A stretch of DNA of 64,000 nucleotides from Microthyrium microscopicum (Eukaryota): NCBI GenBank assembly GCA_010405405.1, contig MU004234.1:664993-728992 (forward strand), written 5' to 3'. This document shows, one piece after another, positions 22,340-34,477 of this stretch; positions within the stretch are counted from its first letter, which is position 1, and each line of letters starts with the position of its first letter. The position numbers and the translations under genes were made by a program. The notes under the pieces were generated by a model. It did no database searches, was not told the origin of the DNA, and saw nothing but the letters and a program-made list of their open reading frames with translations.

Positions 22340-22859
22340 ATGCAACTCTCCGCCATTCTGCTCGGCTTGATTGCCGCAACGGCCACAGCATCACCGGTCG
22401 CTGCTCCTGTGGCCGAACCTAAACCTCAGGTGACTTTCAGGTAAGTTTGGGGCGTTCTTTTTGGCCTCATTCAACATTTTGATCACTACAAAACTTGCTC
22501 AACGACTTTCTCGTATTCGGTGCAAAACTAACAGCCTCTTTAGTGGCCCTCTAGGCTCAATCAGCTTCGGTGGCAACGGCAACAACAACGGATATCGTGG
22601 AACTCCTACCGGCTCAGGGCCACTCGGTATCGCTGGAGGCATTGCCAGTGGAATCGCTTCTGGAATCACCGACGCTCTCACTGGTGGCATCTTTAGAGGT
22701 GGAGACAACCGTCAGGACCCTCGACCACAGCCTTACTACGATGACCGAGGACGACCTTGGGATGATCGAGACTACCGCAATCCTCCTCCAGCCCCTCGCA
22801 ACGGCGATCGTGATTATCGCAATAACGCACCTCCTCCACCACGTAACAGTGGTTGGTAG
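22340..22859 (+). CDS. Small secreted Gly/Pro/Arg-rich protein; exons 22340-22440, 22544-22859 (138 aa)
   Basis: MQLSAILLGLIAATATASPVAAPVAEPKPQ signal and pro-segment; GT-AG intron with CTAAC branch point; TATAAG about 100 nt upstream. Confidence 0.82.
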
Positions 22860-23886
22860 ATGCTATCGATTTCGGAATATAATAAGACTGGTCAACGGAC
22901 GAACGGATTGCAATTGCAGAAGTAAGGTTTGGATGGCTTAGGATTCCATGCTCGCACTTGTTCCAAATATGTAAATATAGGTTATGTGTTTATAGATAAT
23001 GCTTAACTCACGAGACACTTCTTTTCAAAATATCACAACTGCAGAGTAGATTAGCAAGGAATGAAATCCATAAATAACAACACTCGAAAGTAGTAGCTAC
23101 CTATACCGCCCCGTCACCGCCCCATCCCCCAATCCCGAAGACACCTATCTCAACCAACCCACCATAGCACAGCATCATCCCCACGCCCCGGTTCCAAGCC
23201 TAGATACTCGCCAACAACCCGTCCTCGAACACAGCAGTAGTTCATCCCAACACTCCGGATCCGCGTAACACAACAGCTGCCAACCGAGATCCCACAACCA
23301 ACAAACAAGCATGGCACCGGCCGTTGACCGTAGAGTAGCCGTATCCTGGTACACGACTTGTAAGAGCCTCAACGGGCATGTCACAATACGGATCAGTGAC
23401 AGCTGGATCAGTGTCTTACAAGAGCAACAGAGTAGTAGGTATTACGACATAGATTGCTAGATAGCACAATGGCTGGCACAGGTGATGCAAGACGATGAGA
23501 TTGAGATGGTGACGATATATTATGATATATTCTAAGAGACTACAATTGATTGCATGGTCGAAGGCAAAGATGTATTCTAATTTGCCTGGGGGTGTATGAT
23601 GATTGGTTTCCAATTCGGTAAGGCAGAGTGGTGTAGTGTATTGTAGGTGTGATCGATGAATGTATTTGCAGAAATGCTGAAAGGAAGAACAGTGTGAAGG
23701 CAAGTATATTGTTGCTTTGAGGTAAGCTCCTTTTGGGGGCCACGATACTGCCAGTGGGACAGAACGAAGTCTATCCCGGCCGTTGATGAGAGTTCGGGTT
23801 CCTCGTGAAAGGGTGGGAGGGTAGTCATAAATATTTCAGAAGTCGATGCAATGTCAGGCCGGTGAAGGTAATGTTGAACAGACGAC

Positions 23887-25943
23887 CTAAGATCGACGTA
23901 AGAAGAGGACTAGCCATGCAAGGAGACGGTATGCAACAATAATGCAGATCAAAATGCCGATCCAAAGACCAGTCTTGTGCTTGTTGTAGCCATATGCCTC
24001 GAGTACGCCATTGCCGTCAATCTTACAGTCTTTTTGTAGATCGGTTACGTAGAGGCAGTGACAGCCGCCACCGGGTGTGCGGTCACAGTCGTAGGTACGA
24101 GAGCCGAATTCGTTGACCATCATGCCCTGGAAAACGTAGGCTTGATAATCAATATAGTGGAAGACGTAGCGCCAAAAGACATTGAGAGATCTCGGCTGGA
24201 CCATGAAGCCGTTGACGCTCATCCAGAGGCCATTGGCGAAGGCCACAGCGGCAAGTGAGACGACAAAGATGGGCACCAGGTTGGTGATGAGGATTACGAG
24301 TGACTCGGCTGCAAGGAGATCGAGGAAGAGCCATAGCACCCACATGAAGAAGCCACCGGGCGTTGGGTTGTAGTTGGAGAGCCAGTAGACCACGATAGAG
24401 AAGAGTACGGAAATCAGGAAGAGGAACGGCAGGCCGATGATGAAGTTAGCGACCATGAATGAGGTTGGACCATAGAGACCATTGGCGCGCTCCTTGATGT
24501 AGAGCGAGCGATCCTCGAGGTAGGATGGAATATATGCAACAGCCATGAAGGACATGAATGCACCACCATAGAAGATCGAGTTTGTGAATGCCACGATGTT
24601 GTTCTGGCTGGTGGAGAGACGGAGCCAGACCGTGCCCATCAAGATGGCTAGTCCCAGGTACATGGCGATTCGAATGCCATACGCAATGACATCCCGGTAT
24701 GCCTTGATGAAGTTTCGATGTACAAGAGTTGCTGGTAAGAGCAATCTCTGGCTGACAGAGCGAGCTGAGCTCTCATCAACCACATTATCATCGTTGTCTT
24801 CCTTGGATGCTTCAATCCTAAGTCTGAGGTAATGTGCCTCCCTTGACACATCCCAGCTGCCGATTAAGTTTCGCAGCTTGGCATCGGCGAGTTCTTGATT
24901 AGAGGAAAAGTCGGTATTGACAAGTTCGAGAACAAATTCGGCAGGGTTGGTGTATTGAGGCATTACGTATCCCTGGTCGTGGAGATACTCGCGAACATTG
25001 TGAATTGTGTCATTGTATACAGTGCGGCCAGCTGAAAGTAGAAGCAGGCGGTCGAACAGTGTAAATGTGCTCGTCGACGGTTGGTGTATGCTTGCGATGA
25101 CCAACAAGTTGTACTTAACAGCGATGTTCTTCACGAAAGACATTACTTCATATGAAGCTTGTGAATCTAGACCCGAAGTTGGCTCATCCAGGAAGAGGAT
25201 TTTGGGACTCGTGATTAGCTGGCTGGCAACTGTGACACGGCGCTTTTGTCCTCCGGAGATGCCTTTTCGAATCGGGGTGCCTATCAACACATTTGCCTGA
25301 CGAGTGAGGCCGAAGGCGGCCAAGAGAGCTTCTATACGTTGCATGCGCTCCGTTTTGCCGACAGATCTAGATTGTGTCAATACTTCTCTGGATGCGAGCA
25401 TCGAAGAGCACTTACGATGGAAGCGATAGCTTAGCAGCAAAGTAAAGAGTCTCCTTGACGGTCAAAGCGCCCAGAAGCGAATCTTCCTGCTCGACATATG
25501 TGCTGATGGCTCGAAAGTCTCGAGTCGATATATGCTTGCCATTGACCAATCGAGTTTCTGAGACTTGGGCAGCGTCGACCTTGCGGTTCGCAAGGACATT
25601 GAGTAGTGTTGTTTTTCCACAACCACTTTTCGATTCTTAGTATCAATGTAATCAGAGTGCCCAAAGTAACATACCTCGGACCCATGATGGCCAACATCTC
25701 GCCTGCTTTCACCATGCCAGTCGACTTTTGGAGGATGCATCGTGTTTTCTTGCTGGATCGGTCCTTGACACTGACACAAACATTTTCCCAGGAAAATGTT
25801 CGTAAGCTTGAGTTGCTCAGGTGAGCGTAGTCGCCGTTCTTTTCTATGTCGTTGCGGATGGATGATGGCTCTGAGCTGTCCAAGGGAGTAGGGCCGGCTT
25901 TGCTTCTGGAGCTGTTGGAAATGGCTTCAGCGTGAATAGACAT
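23887..25943 (-). CDS. ABCG (White-type) half-size ABC transporter, two introns
   Basis: Walker A (GPSGCGKTT, across an intron), ISGGQKRR signature, LFLDEPTSGLD, IHQP and a C-terminal ABC2 membrane domain. Confidence 0.94.
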
Positions 25944-28900
25944 ACTGGCAGATCGGGTGTTGTGTATCGGTAGTAGTAGTGGATGCAGAGGAGTAGATTT
26001 CTAGGATATTTGGCTTCGAAAAGTTTGGAGTAACCCAAATGGTTGCAGACTTGGAAAAGTCAACACCAATTGACGGCTGGAGGAAGTGAAAGAAAACAGT
26101 GATTGTTCTTTTCTTTGGAAAGGTGCAGGCCAGTCAATTGACAGTGCAGGAAGGAGTAGTTGGACAACGGGAAGGCTGGCAACGTGTAGTCGATGCCCAA
26201 ACTTCAGAGGCAGGGAAGGTTACAACTGTCGGATTCGTGAGGCCTTGGTGGTATACCCGTACAAAAGGTTGTTTTATGTGGAAGGATATAGTGCTACAAA
26301 CAAGATACTGGAGCGTACTAGTGACCACAAAGTAACCACAAGGAATACACTGATGACAAGGAGTTAAAGAGAGTTGGACGCGCGTGGGTTTTGGAAGTGT
26401 GAAGACAATGGCAGCTGATTTCAGGAGACATCTGCATCATACAATGCTCAGATGATATACATTCAGTAGGAGGACTGGTTACTAAAGCGAGTGGTAGTAG
26501 GTGTCAGGGTGCCTGCAGGGTCATATGCAGCAGAACGGCGTTTTGTTTAAAATTGTCGGGGATTCTTTTGATAAGCAGAAAAGTGCTCTAGAGTAATATG
26601 GCAAGTAAAACACTGGAGTGGCTTTACTTCGTAACTTGGTGCGGTCCAGAGAAGTGATATTTTGCTCCTACCCTGTCAACGTACAATGAGACAGTCTTGA
26701 TCGAGCTATACCGCAACCCGTTACAGACGGCTTCGTACTTCCTGTGGCTTGTCAGTGTCACTAAATGTCTCCAATTAGTAGTAGACTGCTACGCAGGCAA
26801 TCACCTTGTAATTCTACAGATTATGCAGCAGTTGTGCAACAATCCAATGCTCAACCTCCGCGGCCAACTTTAACTTTTCTGTTATCTTTCAAAAGTAACT
26901 CGAGTTCATGCTGGCGATATTTTGAGATGTCAGCTATCATTGAGGAGGTTCAGCCTCACAATGGCCAGGATCCCCATGATCCTTGCTGCATTGACCTCGC
27001 CGACCTGGAGTGGTGGTCTGGCGAGTTGCTATTCGTCAGCGGCGATGGGAATGCTCGCTAGGACATGGCGTGCATTGAATCATTAAATGGACTTGGCCAT
27101 ATCAGGCGGAGCGTTCGCTCTTTACACTGTACAGTTGAGGTTGGCAGGCAAGGCAGGGTCTCCTAGTGACTTTAGCGATGAAACCCGCCAACCTGGTTCC
27201 TCGCCGAACGTAAGCTGATGAGCCAGGGAGTAGATACCGCAGAAAGACTAGACGTTGAGAGTAGTCTTGATAGAAGTTGCCCATCTAGCAGCATACTAGG
27301 CGCGATCTTGCTTCTTGAAGGAGGTATAGACGGGAATCAAGAGCAGATAGCAAGGACGATGAACATAGCGCGCGCTATCGTTGCAAGCTGAAACACAAGA
27401 AAAAGTGTGAGCTCAAAAGCTCTAAATGCAAGAGTGATGACGAGAAAGAGTCATTTGGACTTAACAACAGACAACCTGTAATGAATCGGTCGCTTGCTCT
27501 CCGGCAAGATGATGAAAAAGGAGGCGAAGATAGAAGTCAGGCTGCAAAAAAAGGTGCGGATCGTCAGTTGGAACATTTGAACTGCCGTGGTTCCACTCTT
27601 CTCTAACTTCATCCCATTAGATTTCATATCCTGCCATCCACCATTTGCCTTCTTGACCTTCTAAAAGACCTACTTTTCATATCAAATTAGCAGAAGCATC
27701 CATAACGAAAAAAATCTGCGCACTCGAAGAGGCAATTTCCTGCTCTCATCCGCAAATCTCGCCTTCTTCTCTATACCAGGTTGAGCACTACCTCGGCCAC
27801 TACAACACAGTGTACCAGGTATTTCCATCTCAGTCACACCAAAATATGTCTCTTTGACTTTCAGAGTGGCACGGTAATCTTTTTAGAAGAATTTGACATG
27901 TCTCTCATTGGATATGCGTGTCTCGGTGACCAAAACGTCTAGAATCATCGGCTGGCCTAGCTGGCCGCAGTTAGGGTCACCTTTTACCACATCTGCTTGG
28001 CTTAGCAAATGTCCACTACTGTTTATGAAGAACAAATCAATTGATGTAGATATAATAGCCTCGTGGCAACTCCACGCGACAATAAAATATTACTGGATGC
28101 CAGTCTATAGGCGGGAATAATTGGCTTTGTTCATTGTTTCTTCGCAACACTAACCTGAGACACAGTGACATTTTTACATACCGCCAATTTTAATTGATAT
28201 TTGTTGATTGCAAGGCATATCGAACTGTCATACTAATCATTAGAATTGATCAATAGGTATTTTGGTAAGATGCGACTCATACGATTTTGATAACAAGGCA
28301 AGATTTTAGTACTTTCAGTGAATTATGGAAATCAAGCAGAACAGCCATTGATCGCATATGATCTATCTATGAATTTGGCTACCATAGATTCCCTTGGCAA
28401 ATCAGAGCCGCTATCACAAAGCCTGTCAAATGGAAGATAGCCTCAAATCATGCCACAGCTACATGCAAGATGCGGCCGAAGTGTTCACCTATCGCATCAA
28501 CAGTCTGAGTGCTAAAATCTGATATCTTCGAATTAAGATAAGACTGCATTCAGCTCGTATTCTCGCAGAATGACTCGCGGTACGAATCTAGCCGCACAAT
28601 TTCCATTGGTTGTGAAATTTGGAAGTGACAGGCTCAGCTATTCTGACCACATGTACCTATCCAAATACCGGGCCAATGTTAGACTTTTACATCCGATGAT
28701 CAGAATACAGACGCTAGGAGCCATTGTAACATCCGGATAGTTGCAAGAGCCAGACAAGTTCGATCATCGCTTGCTCAATTACAGAGAAACCACATATTTT
28801 CGAGTTCTGGTTACATCGGCCACCCAGCTACCACGTTAAGGCAACTTACACTCCAGCACAACAAATCCTACTGGATCTTGTGGACTGTCAATACTATCCT

Positions 28901-30362
28901 CTTGCAATTAATTGGAGCAAGATGCCGGTACCAATCACCATATCTTGACACATGGAATATCCTTTTGCGATAGTGGCCAACGTCACGCTATTCTAGAGTA
29001 ACTTCTCGCAATAGCGATCACCACTGATGTGTGTACGGAGGTAACAGCGAAGTGGCCAAAAACAAGATGATGGGGGTCCAAGACTACTGCACGACTGTTG
29101 GCTTACAACGACTGTTTGGCTAACAAGGTCAAGAGACCGCCTTTTGGAACACTTGCAGGACTTGAGCAGGCCTTTTGGCAAGAACTTCGCAAACATGGCT
29201 CAGCCACCATATCATAGGAGCTCCCAATGACAAAGAAGAACCCATCGTCGTGAACTTGACACTTGTACAGTTCCCGAGGCTCGGATCTCGAGGAAGAAAT
29301 ATTGACCTGTCTAGGCACATCCAGGGAAACCTGTCAAACCTTAGCTAGTTACAGTGTAATGTAAAAGCTAAAACCGCAACACGGGAAGTGTATAAAATCC
29401 GGTAGAGGTACTTGACTAGCCGAGTTAAACATTTCCATTTCTTGCAGTCACTTGTTTCGGCATCTGTGGAATCGTCCCATTATTTCGGCCGATTTCGCGG
29501 TTGAGTTGCTTCATGGGGAAGGCGAAGTCCCAATTCTAGGCTGGTTAGTGTCAAAACCACGCTTTCGAACAGCATTCTTGCCAAGTTTATATCTTTAGTG
29601 TCCGAAAAGTCTACTTGAATTCAGTCATAGGGCTGATTCGAATGTATCAGGAGTGGGTACGATACCTGGCGCTTTCCTTTTACATTTCAACACGTATCCG
29701 CCTCGGGTCAGCTTTTAGGCCGCATAGCTTGAACGAGCTTCCCAATCATATCCCCAATTAATCATCCTAGACTCTCCTTTGGCCGTCAAGTTGACTCTTG
29801 GATTCCGGATTACCAACCGATATCATATCAAGCAGCCGGACCCTCTTCACATCAGTTCTTTCACACCGCTTGCTTAAAATCATGCAGGATTGAGAGCAAG
29901 GCAAAGGACAACCTAACAATCACCTCTTTGATATTCTCAACAGGTACGTGAATAGTGATTTATTGGCATGGCTTTGTTGTCTCTGGTGTTCAGACATGTC
30001 TCAGCATGATGCTCTGTTCGAGTACTGAGCCTGCTTTGTTCCGATTTTTTCCTACTGTTTGTATTTTGACACTGATTGATTTATGAGATAGTTACAAAGG
30101 AGTTGATCCTTCTCGATTTCCAATTTGACATTGAACTATAAGGTAATTCGGTCATTCGCCTTGTTCATTCACATATACGAATACAGCCTCACGATACTTT
30201 CTCCAGGTGCTGTCCACGGACCACTCACTGTCATTTTGAGGTTACTTTCTACAGTCACTGCTTCATATAACATCTGATCTTACGCCACTTACCACACCAA
30301 GCTCTCTGGACACCAATCTCAGTCACCTGTTTTCTTTATTTCCCTCTTTGGGTTTTAAGGGT

Positions 30363-32096
30363 ATGCCTATTCATATGGCCGCCTACGCACCATCTGCTTC
30401 TCCTCCTTATCACACAGCATTACCAAGCGCCCAGGTCTCAGCAATGGAATATTACCCGACCCCAATTGAAGAGATTCGAGCAAAGGAATTTCCAAATCTT
30501 GAAGGCAAAGTCTATTTGGACCACGCCGGCTCTCAACTCCCATGCAAGTCTCTAATCGACAACTTTGCAGATGATCTCAACACCAATCTCTATGGCAATC
30601 CGCATTCCGAAAACGCACCAGCCATTGAGGCCGGTCGTATCGTCGACCAAACCCGTGAACGTGCCCTTGAATTCTTCAAGGCCAACTCAGAAGACTACGA
30701 TCTCATCTTCTGCGCGAACACCACCGCAGCTGTGAAGCTCGTCGTAGAAAGCTTCAGTGATTACATGAAGAAGCTCAACGCCACCAGCAAGAAACGCAAC
30801 ATAATATCACGCGCTCTAGCTGGATCGAAAAGCACCACCAGCAATAAAAACCAATTCCACTACTACTATCACAAGGACTGTCACACCAGTCTCGTTGGCA
30901 TGCGTGAACTCAGTGACTACCACCACTGCTTCCAGTCTGATGCTGAAGTAGAAGCTTGGATGCGCACGCCTGCAACCTCTGATGCCACCACCCTCCTCGC
31001 ATGGCCAGGTCAATCCAACATGACCGGTCGCCGGTTACCGCTGGACTGGCCACGCATGACCCAGACATCCGCACGTGGAAACCACACTTACACATTACTT
31101 GATGCCGCTGCTCTCGCCACCACCCAGGAACTCAACATCGACAGATATGAGCCCGACTTCGTCGCCCTCTCCTTCTACAAAATCTTCGGCTTCCCAGATC
31201 TCGGCGCCCTGCTCGTCCGCAAAGCCACCGGGGGCCCAATCCTCTCCGCCCGCCGGTACTTTGGCGGCGGCACAGTAGACATGGTCCTCGCTCTAGACTC
31301 CCAATGGCACGCCAAGAAATCCCAAACTCTGCACGACGCGCACGAAGACGGCACACTACCCTTCCACAACATCATCGCGCTCTCCCACGCTCTCTCCACC
31401 ATGGAACGCGTCTATGGCGGCATCGCAGCAGTCGGTCGCAACACACAAGCACTCACGCTAGAACTCTACAACAGCCTCAGAAGCCTTAAACACTCGAATG
31501 GCGCACCGCTCTGCCGGATCTACGCAGACGCCACCACAATATTCGGCAACCCCGAATCTCAAGGCGCCACCGTAGCCTTCAGCGTCCTCCGCCCTTCCGG
31601 TGCCCTAATCGGCTACAAAGACGTCGAGCGCGCCGCCAACGAAAAACACATCTACGTCCGTTCCGGCGCGCTCTGCAATCCAGGCGGTGTAGCCAGCTAT
31701 CTCAAATGGACAGGCGCGCAGCTGCGCTCCGCGTTTGCGGAAGGTCATACGTGTAGTAATCCCAAGGAAACTTGGGTAGGCAAGACAACCGGCGTAGTGC
31801 GTGCATCTCTCGGCGCATGTTCATCTCGAGCGGACGTAGCTGCGCTTTCAGAGTTTCTGAGAGAAGTGTATGTGGACTGTGCGGAGCAGCCGAGTGGAAT
31901 GGTGGGTGGAATGGTTGGGGAGCAGGCGTGTTTGACGGATGGGTCGAGTTGTCAGACACTGGAGGTTGTGACGCCGGTGGAGGAGAAGATTCTGCATAAA
32001 CGTAGCTGGATGGGCAGTTTTGCGGATTTAAGGATTGGGAAGGGTGCTGTGCGGGTTAGTGTGGCTGGTGGTGATATTGAAGAGCCTGATGGCTAA
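30363..32096 (+). CDS. PLP-dependent class V enzyme, molybdenum-cofactor-sulfurase-like N-terminal (NifS-like) domain only
   Basis: YLDHAG, YGNPHS, LLDAAA, SFYKIFGFPDLGAL, GGGT and RSGALCNPG; no MOSC domain follows. Confidence 0.88.
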   Translation: MPIHMAAYAPSASPPYHTALPSAQVSAMEYYPTPIEEIRAKEFPNLEGKVYLDHAGSQLPCKSLIDNFADDLNTNLYGNPHSENAPAIEAGRIVDQTRERALEFFKANSEDYDLIFCANTTAAVKLVVESFSDYMKKLNATSKKRNIISRALAGSKSTTSNKNQFHYYYHKDCHTSLVGMRELSDYHHCFQSDAEVEAWMRTPATSDATTLLAWPGQSNMTGRRLPLDWPRMTQTSARGNHTYTLLDAAALATTQELNIDRYEPDFVALSFYKIFGFPDLGALLVRKATGGPILSARRYFGGGTVDMVLALDSQWHAKKSQTLHDAHEDGTLPFHNIIALSHALSTMERVYGGIAAVGRNTQALTLELYNSLRSLKHSNGAPLCRIYADATTIFGNPESQGATVAFSVLRPSGALIGYKDVERAANEKHIYVRSGALCNPGGVASYLKWTGAQLRSAFAEGHTCSNPKETWVGKTTGVVRASLGACSSRADVAALSEFLREVYVDCAEQPSGMVGGMVGEQACLTDGSSCQTLEVVTPVEEKILHKRSWMGSFADLRIGKGAVRVSVAGGDIEEPDG

Positions 32097-32875
32097 GCGT
32101 TGAGTGTGTGAAGACGAGTGAAATGAGCCAACGGGAGTTGAACGAGCCATCAGGAAGCAGACTTAGCCAAGGCAGCATCCGGCGAAGCTGATGGTACGAC
32201 TTCGCAGATGATCATGTTGCAGGCCGAGGCAGTATATAGACAGCATTTTCAGACGAACGCGGACATTTCGGAGAGCCTGTCGTCCCTGCCTGTTCATGTC
32301 AGCACAAGTTAGCTTGATGGTACTATTAGCTAAAGGGCAGTGTTTTGCAAGGGCTTATTGCGACCCATAGCCACTTGCATGTTTAGCATCAAGGTACCTA
32401 CTATGTAATAACAATCTCAAAGTAGAGTAAAGAACATCGCAATTCCGATCTAGTGAGACGTGGATAAGGGGTTGGTGAACTGCGATTGGCGAGCAGTTTG
32501 TTGTACTGTGATAGAGGATCTGATACTTGTACGAGGTGAGCAGGTACAGCGAATCAAATCGGGACTTTGTGTTCTGGAATTTGGGAATTGCGATCATACT
32601 TAAAGAAAGATCTGCTCGTAATGGCAGGGGCAAACCTTTCGATGGATTGAGACTCACAGGTTGACAGGTTTACTAAGGCAAAAAAGATTTGGGTGCTTTA
32701 TATTCCTTTGCGACAATAAAGCTGTGGTTGAAATAAGGTTGGATTTGGATGGCGTATCCGCAGAAAGCAATTGCGTGATATGCAGGTATGAGGCTGACAA
32801 AAAGAACTCTATCTTGTCACACCGTGTCGTGCTCATTTGCGAGAACTGGAACTTATTTACAATTATAGTATGTAT

Positions 32876-33898
32876 TTATTTCTTTGGTTCCTCCTTTGGA
32901 GGCTCCGGTTTCGGTGTGGGTAATTTAAACTGTAAATTGTCAATGTCGACTCTCTAGGGCGTATCTGAATTGCAAAGAATGTAACTTACCTGGTCCGGCT
33001 TCCTATCTTCACCAGCACCAACAGGCTCCCAGCTTGCACTACCTCCTCTAAAGTTTCTAAATGCCTGCGTCAACTCCAAAGGTTCGACCACAATCCGTTT
33101 CTTTTCCTCGTCGTATCGGATTTCCGTGTACCCAGTCATGGGGAAGTCCTTGCGAAGAGGATGTCCATCGAAGCCATAGTCTGTCATAATACGTCGTAAA
33201 TCCGGATGTCCAGTGAAAAGCACACCGAACAAATCATAGACTTCCCGCTCATACCAGTTTGCGCCATCATACAGACCGCATAATGAAGGTACCGGAGTAG
33301 TCTCATCTGCGTACGTCTTTACCCTGATACGGCTATTGTGGCGAACGGACAGCATGTTGTAGACCACTTCGAACCGTTGGTCCTTGGTGGGATAATCGAC
33401 AGCTGTGATGTCGCTGATTTGGGTGTATTCAGCGGCCGTGTGGTATTTGAGAAATGTGAAGACGGGTATGATGCCAGAGGGAGGGATATGTATGGAGAGT
33501 TCGTCTTTCCAGACGGAGAACCTATATCAAGAGATTAGAACCCATGCTCTCTGTTTGATTGAAGAGAAGCTGTACTGTTGTATGTATTTGGGGAGACAAG
33601 ACAATAGGTATTGTCCATATTTGTGAAGATCCGCAGCTTTGGCAGCGTATTTATCAGCGGGGTTGATAATTGGTTCGGTCTTCTGTGGTTGTGGGTCGCG
33701 GGGCGCTAACTGCAAAAATGTCAATTCAACTGATTTGAAAGCTTTACGCGACATACATACTCTCATGTTGTCCAGTGACATCGGATCTTGCTGAGCTAAA
33801 CGAGTGGTAGAGGCAAATGACCGCACAGGGACTCGATTTCGGGCAATGGCTCGGGAAGCAGCACCGGCCGAGCGGCCTATAGATAGGCGCAAGGCCAT
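32876..33898 (-). CDS. NDUFS3: NADH:ubiquinone oxidoreductase 30-kDa subunit (NuoC/NDUFS3), mitochondrial, 3 introns
   Basis: Mitochondrial presequence; [13 protein letters not shown] and [21 protein letters not shown]; last exon [17 protein letters not shown]. Confidence 0.96.
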
Positions 33899-34477
33899 TG
33901 TGACGATTATGAAGCTTGTTATGAGGGTGGAGCAAGCATTGAGCAGAGATTGGAGAGGCGAACTTGGTGATTGAGACGAACGAGATGCAGTTGGAGCTTG
34001 TGCTCATTGAGTCTGGGAGTCCTCCCAATGAGCTCTAGCGTCAAGCGAAAAAATACCCTAACCCTTTCGCAAAAGGCTCCTTCCTCTCTCCAGATGTATG
34101 ATTGCCAAGGCACCTTCCCTACTTGGGCATAGCTCCTTCCTGCTGGCTGCTTTGCTCCTGTCGCCTTTCGACCTCTTTCCGCGTGCCTCTCTCTCACCAA
34201 CCAACCAAGTCACCATCTCCCTCATCTCCTCTCCAACTATAACTTCCTCTTCGCCGTCAACACTTCAACCCTCTTCATTACCATCGCGCCTTTGTCGGAG
34301 CCTCTCACACTCTGCCTTCACTGATTGCTTGACTTGTTGTATATAACCCGCCACGAATCCCCATTCTTCTCCCTCAACAATCCTGGCGTCCTCAAAGTCT
34401 CCACCCTCTACCCTCATCAAGCGGACTCGCGTCGCACCTCCATCCTCATCGTTATCATTCTCACATTCCACGCAAAT

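Noticed and set aside
23100..23830. Small minus-strand gene between the secreted protein and the ABC transporter
   Set aside because: Only short overlapping ORFs, with no recognisable motif or consistent splice model.
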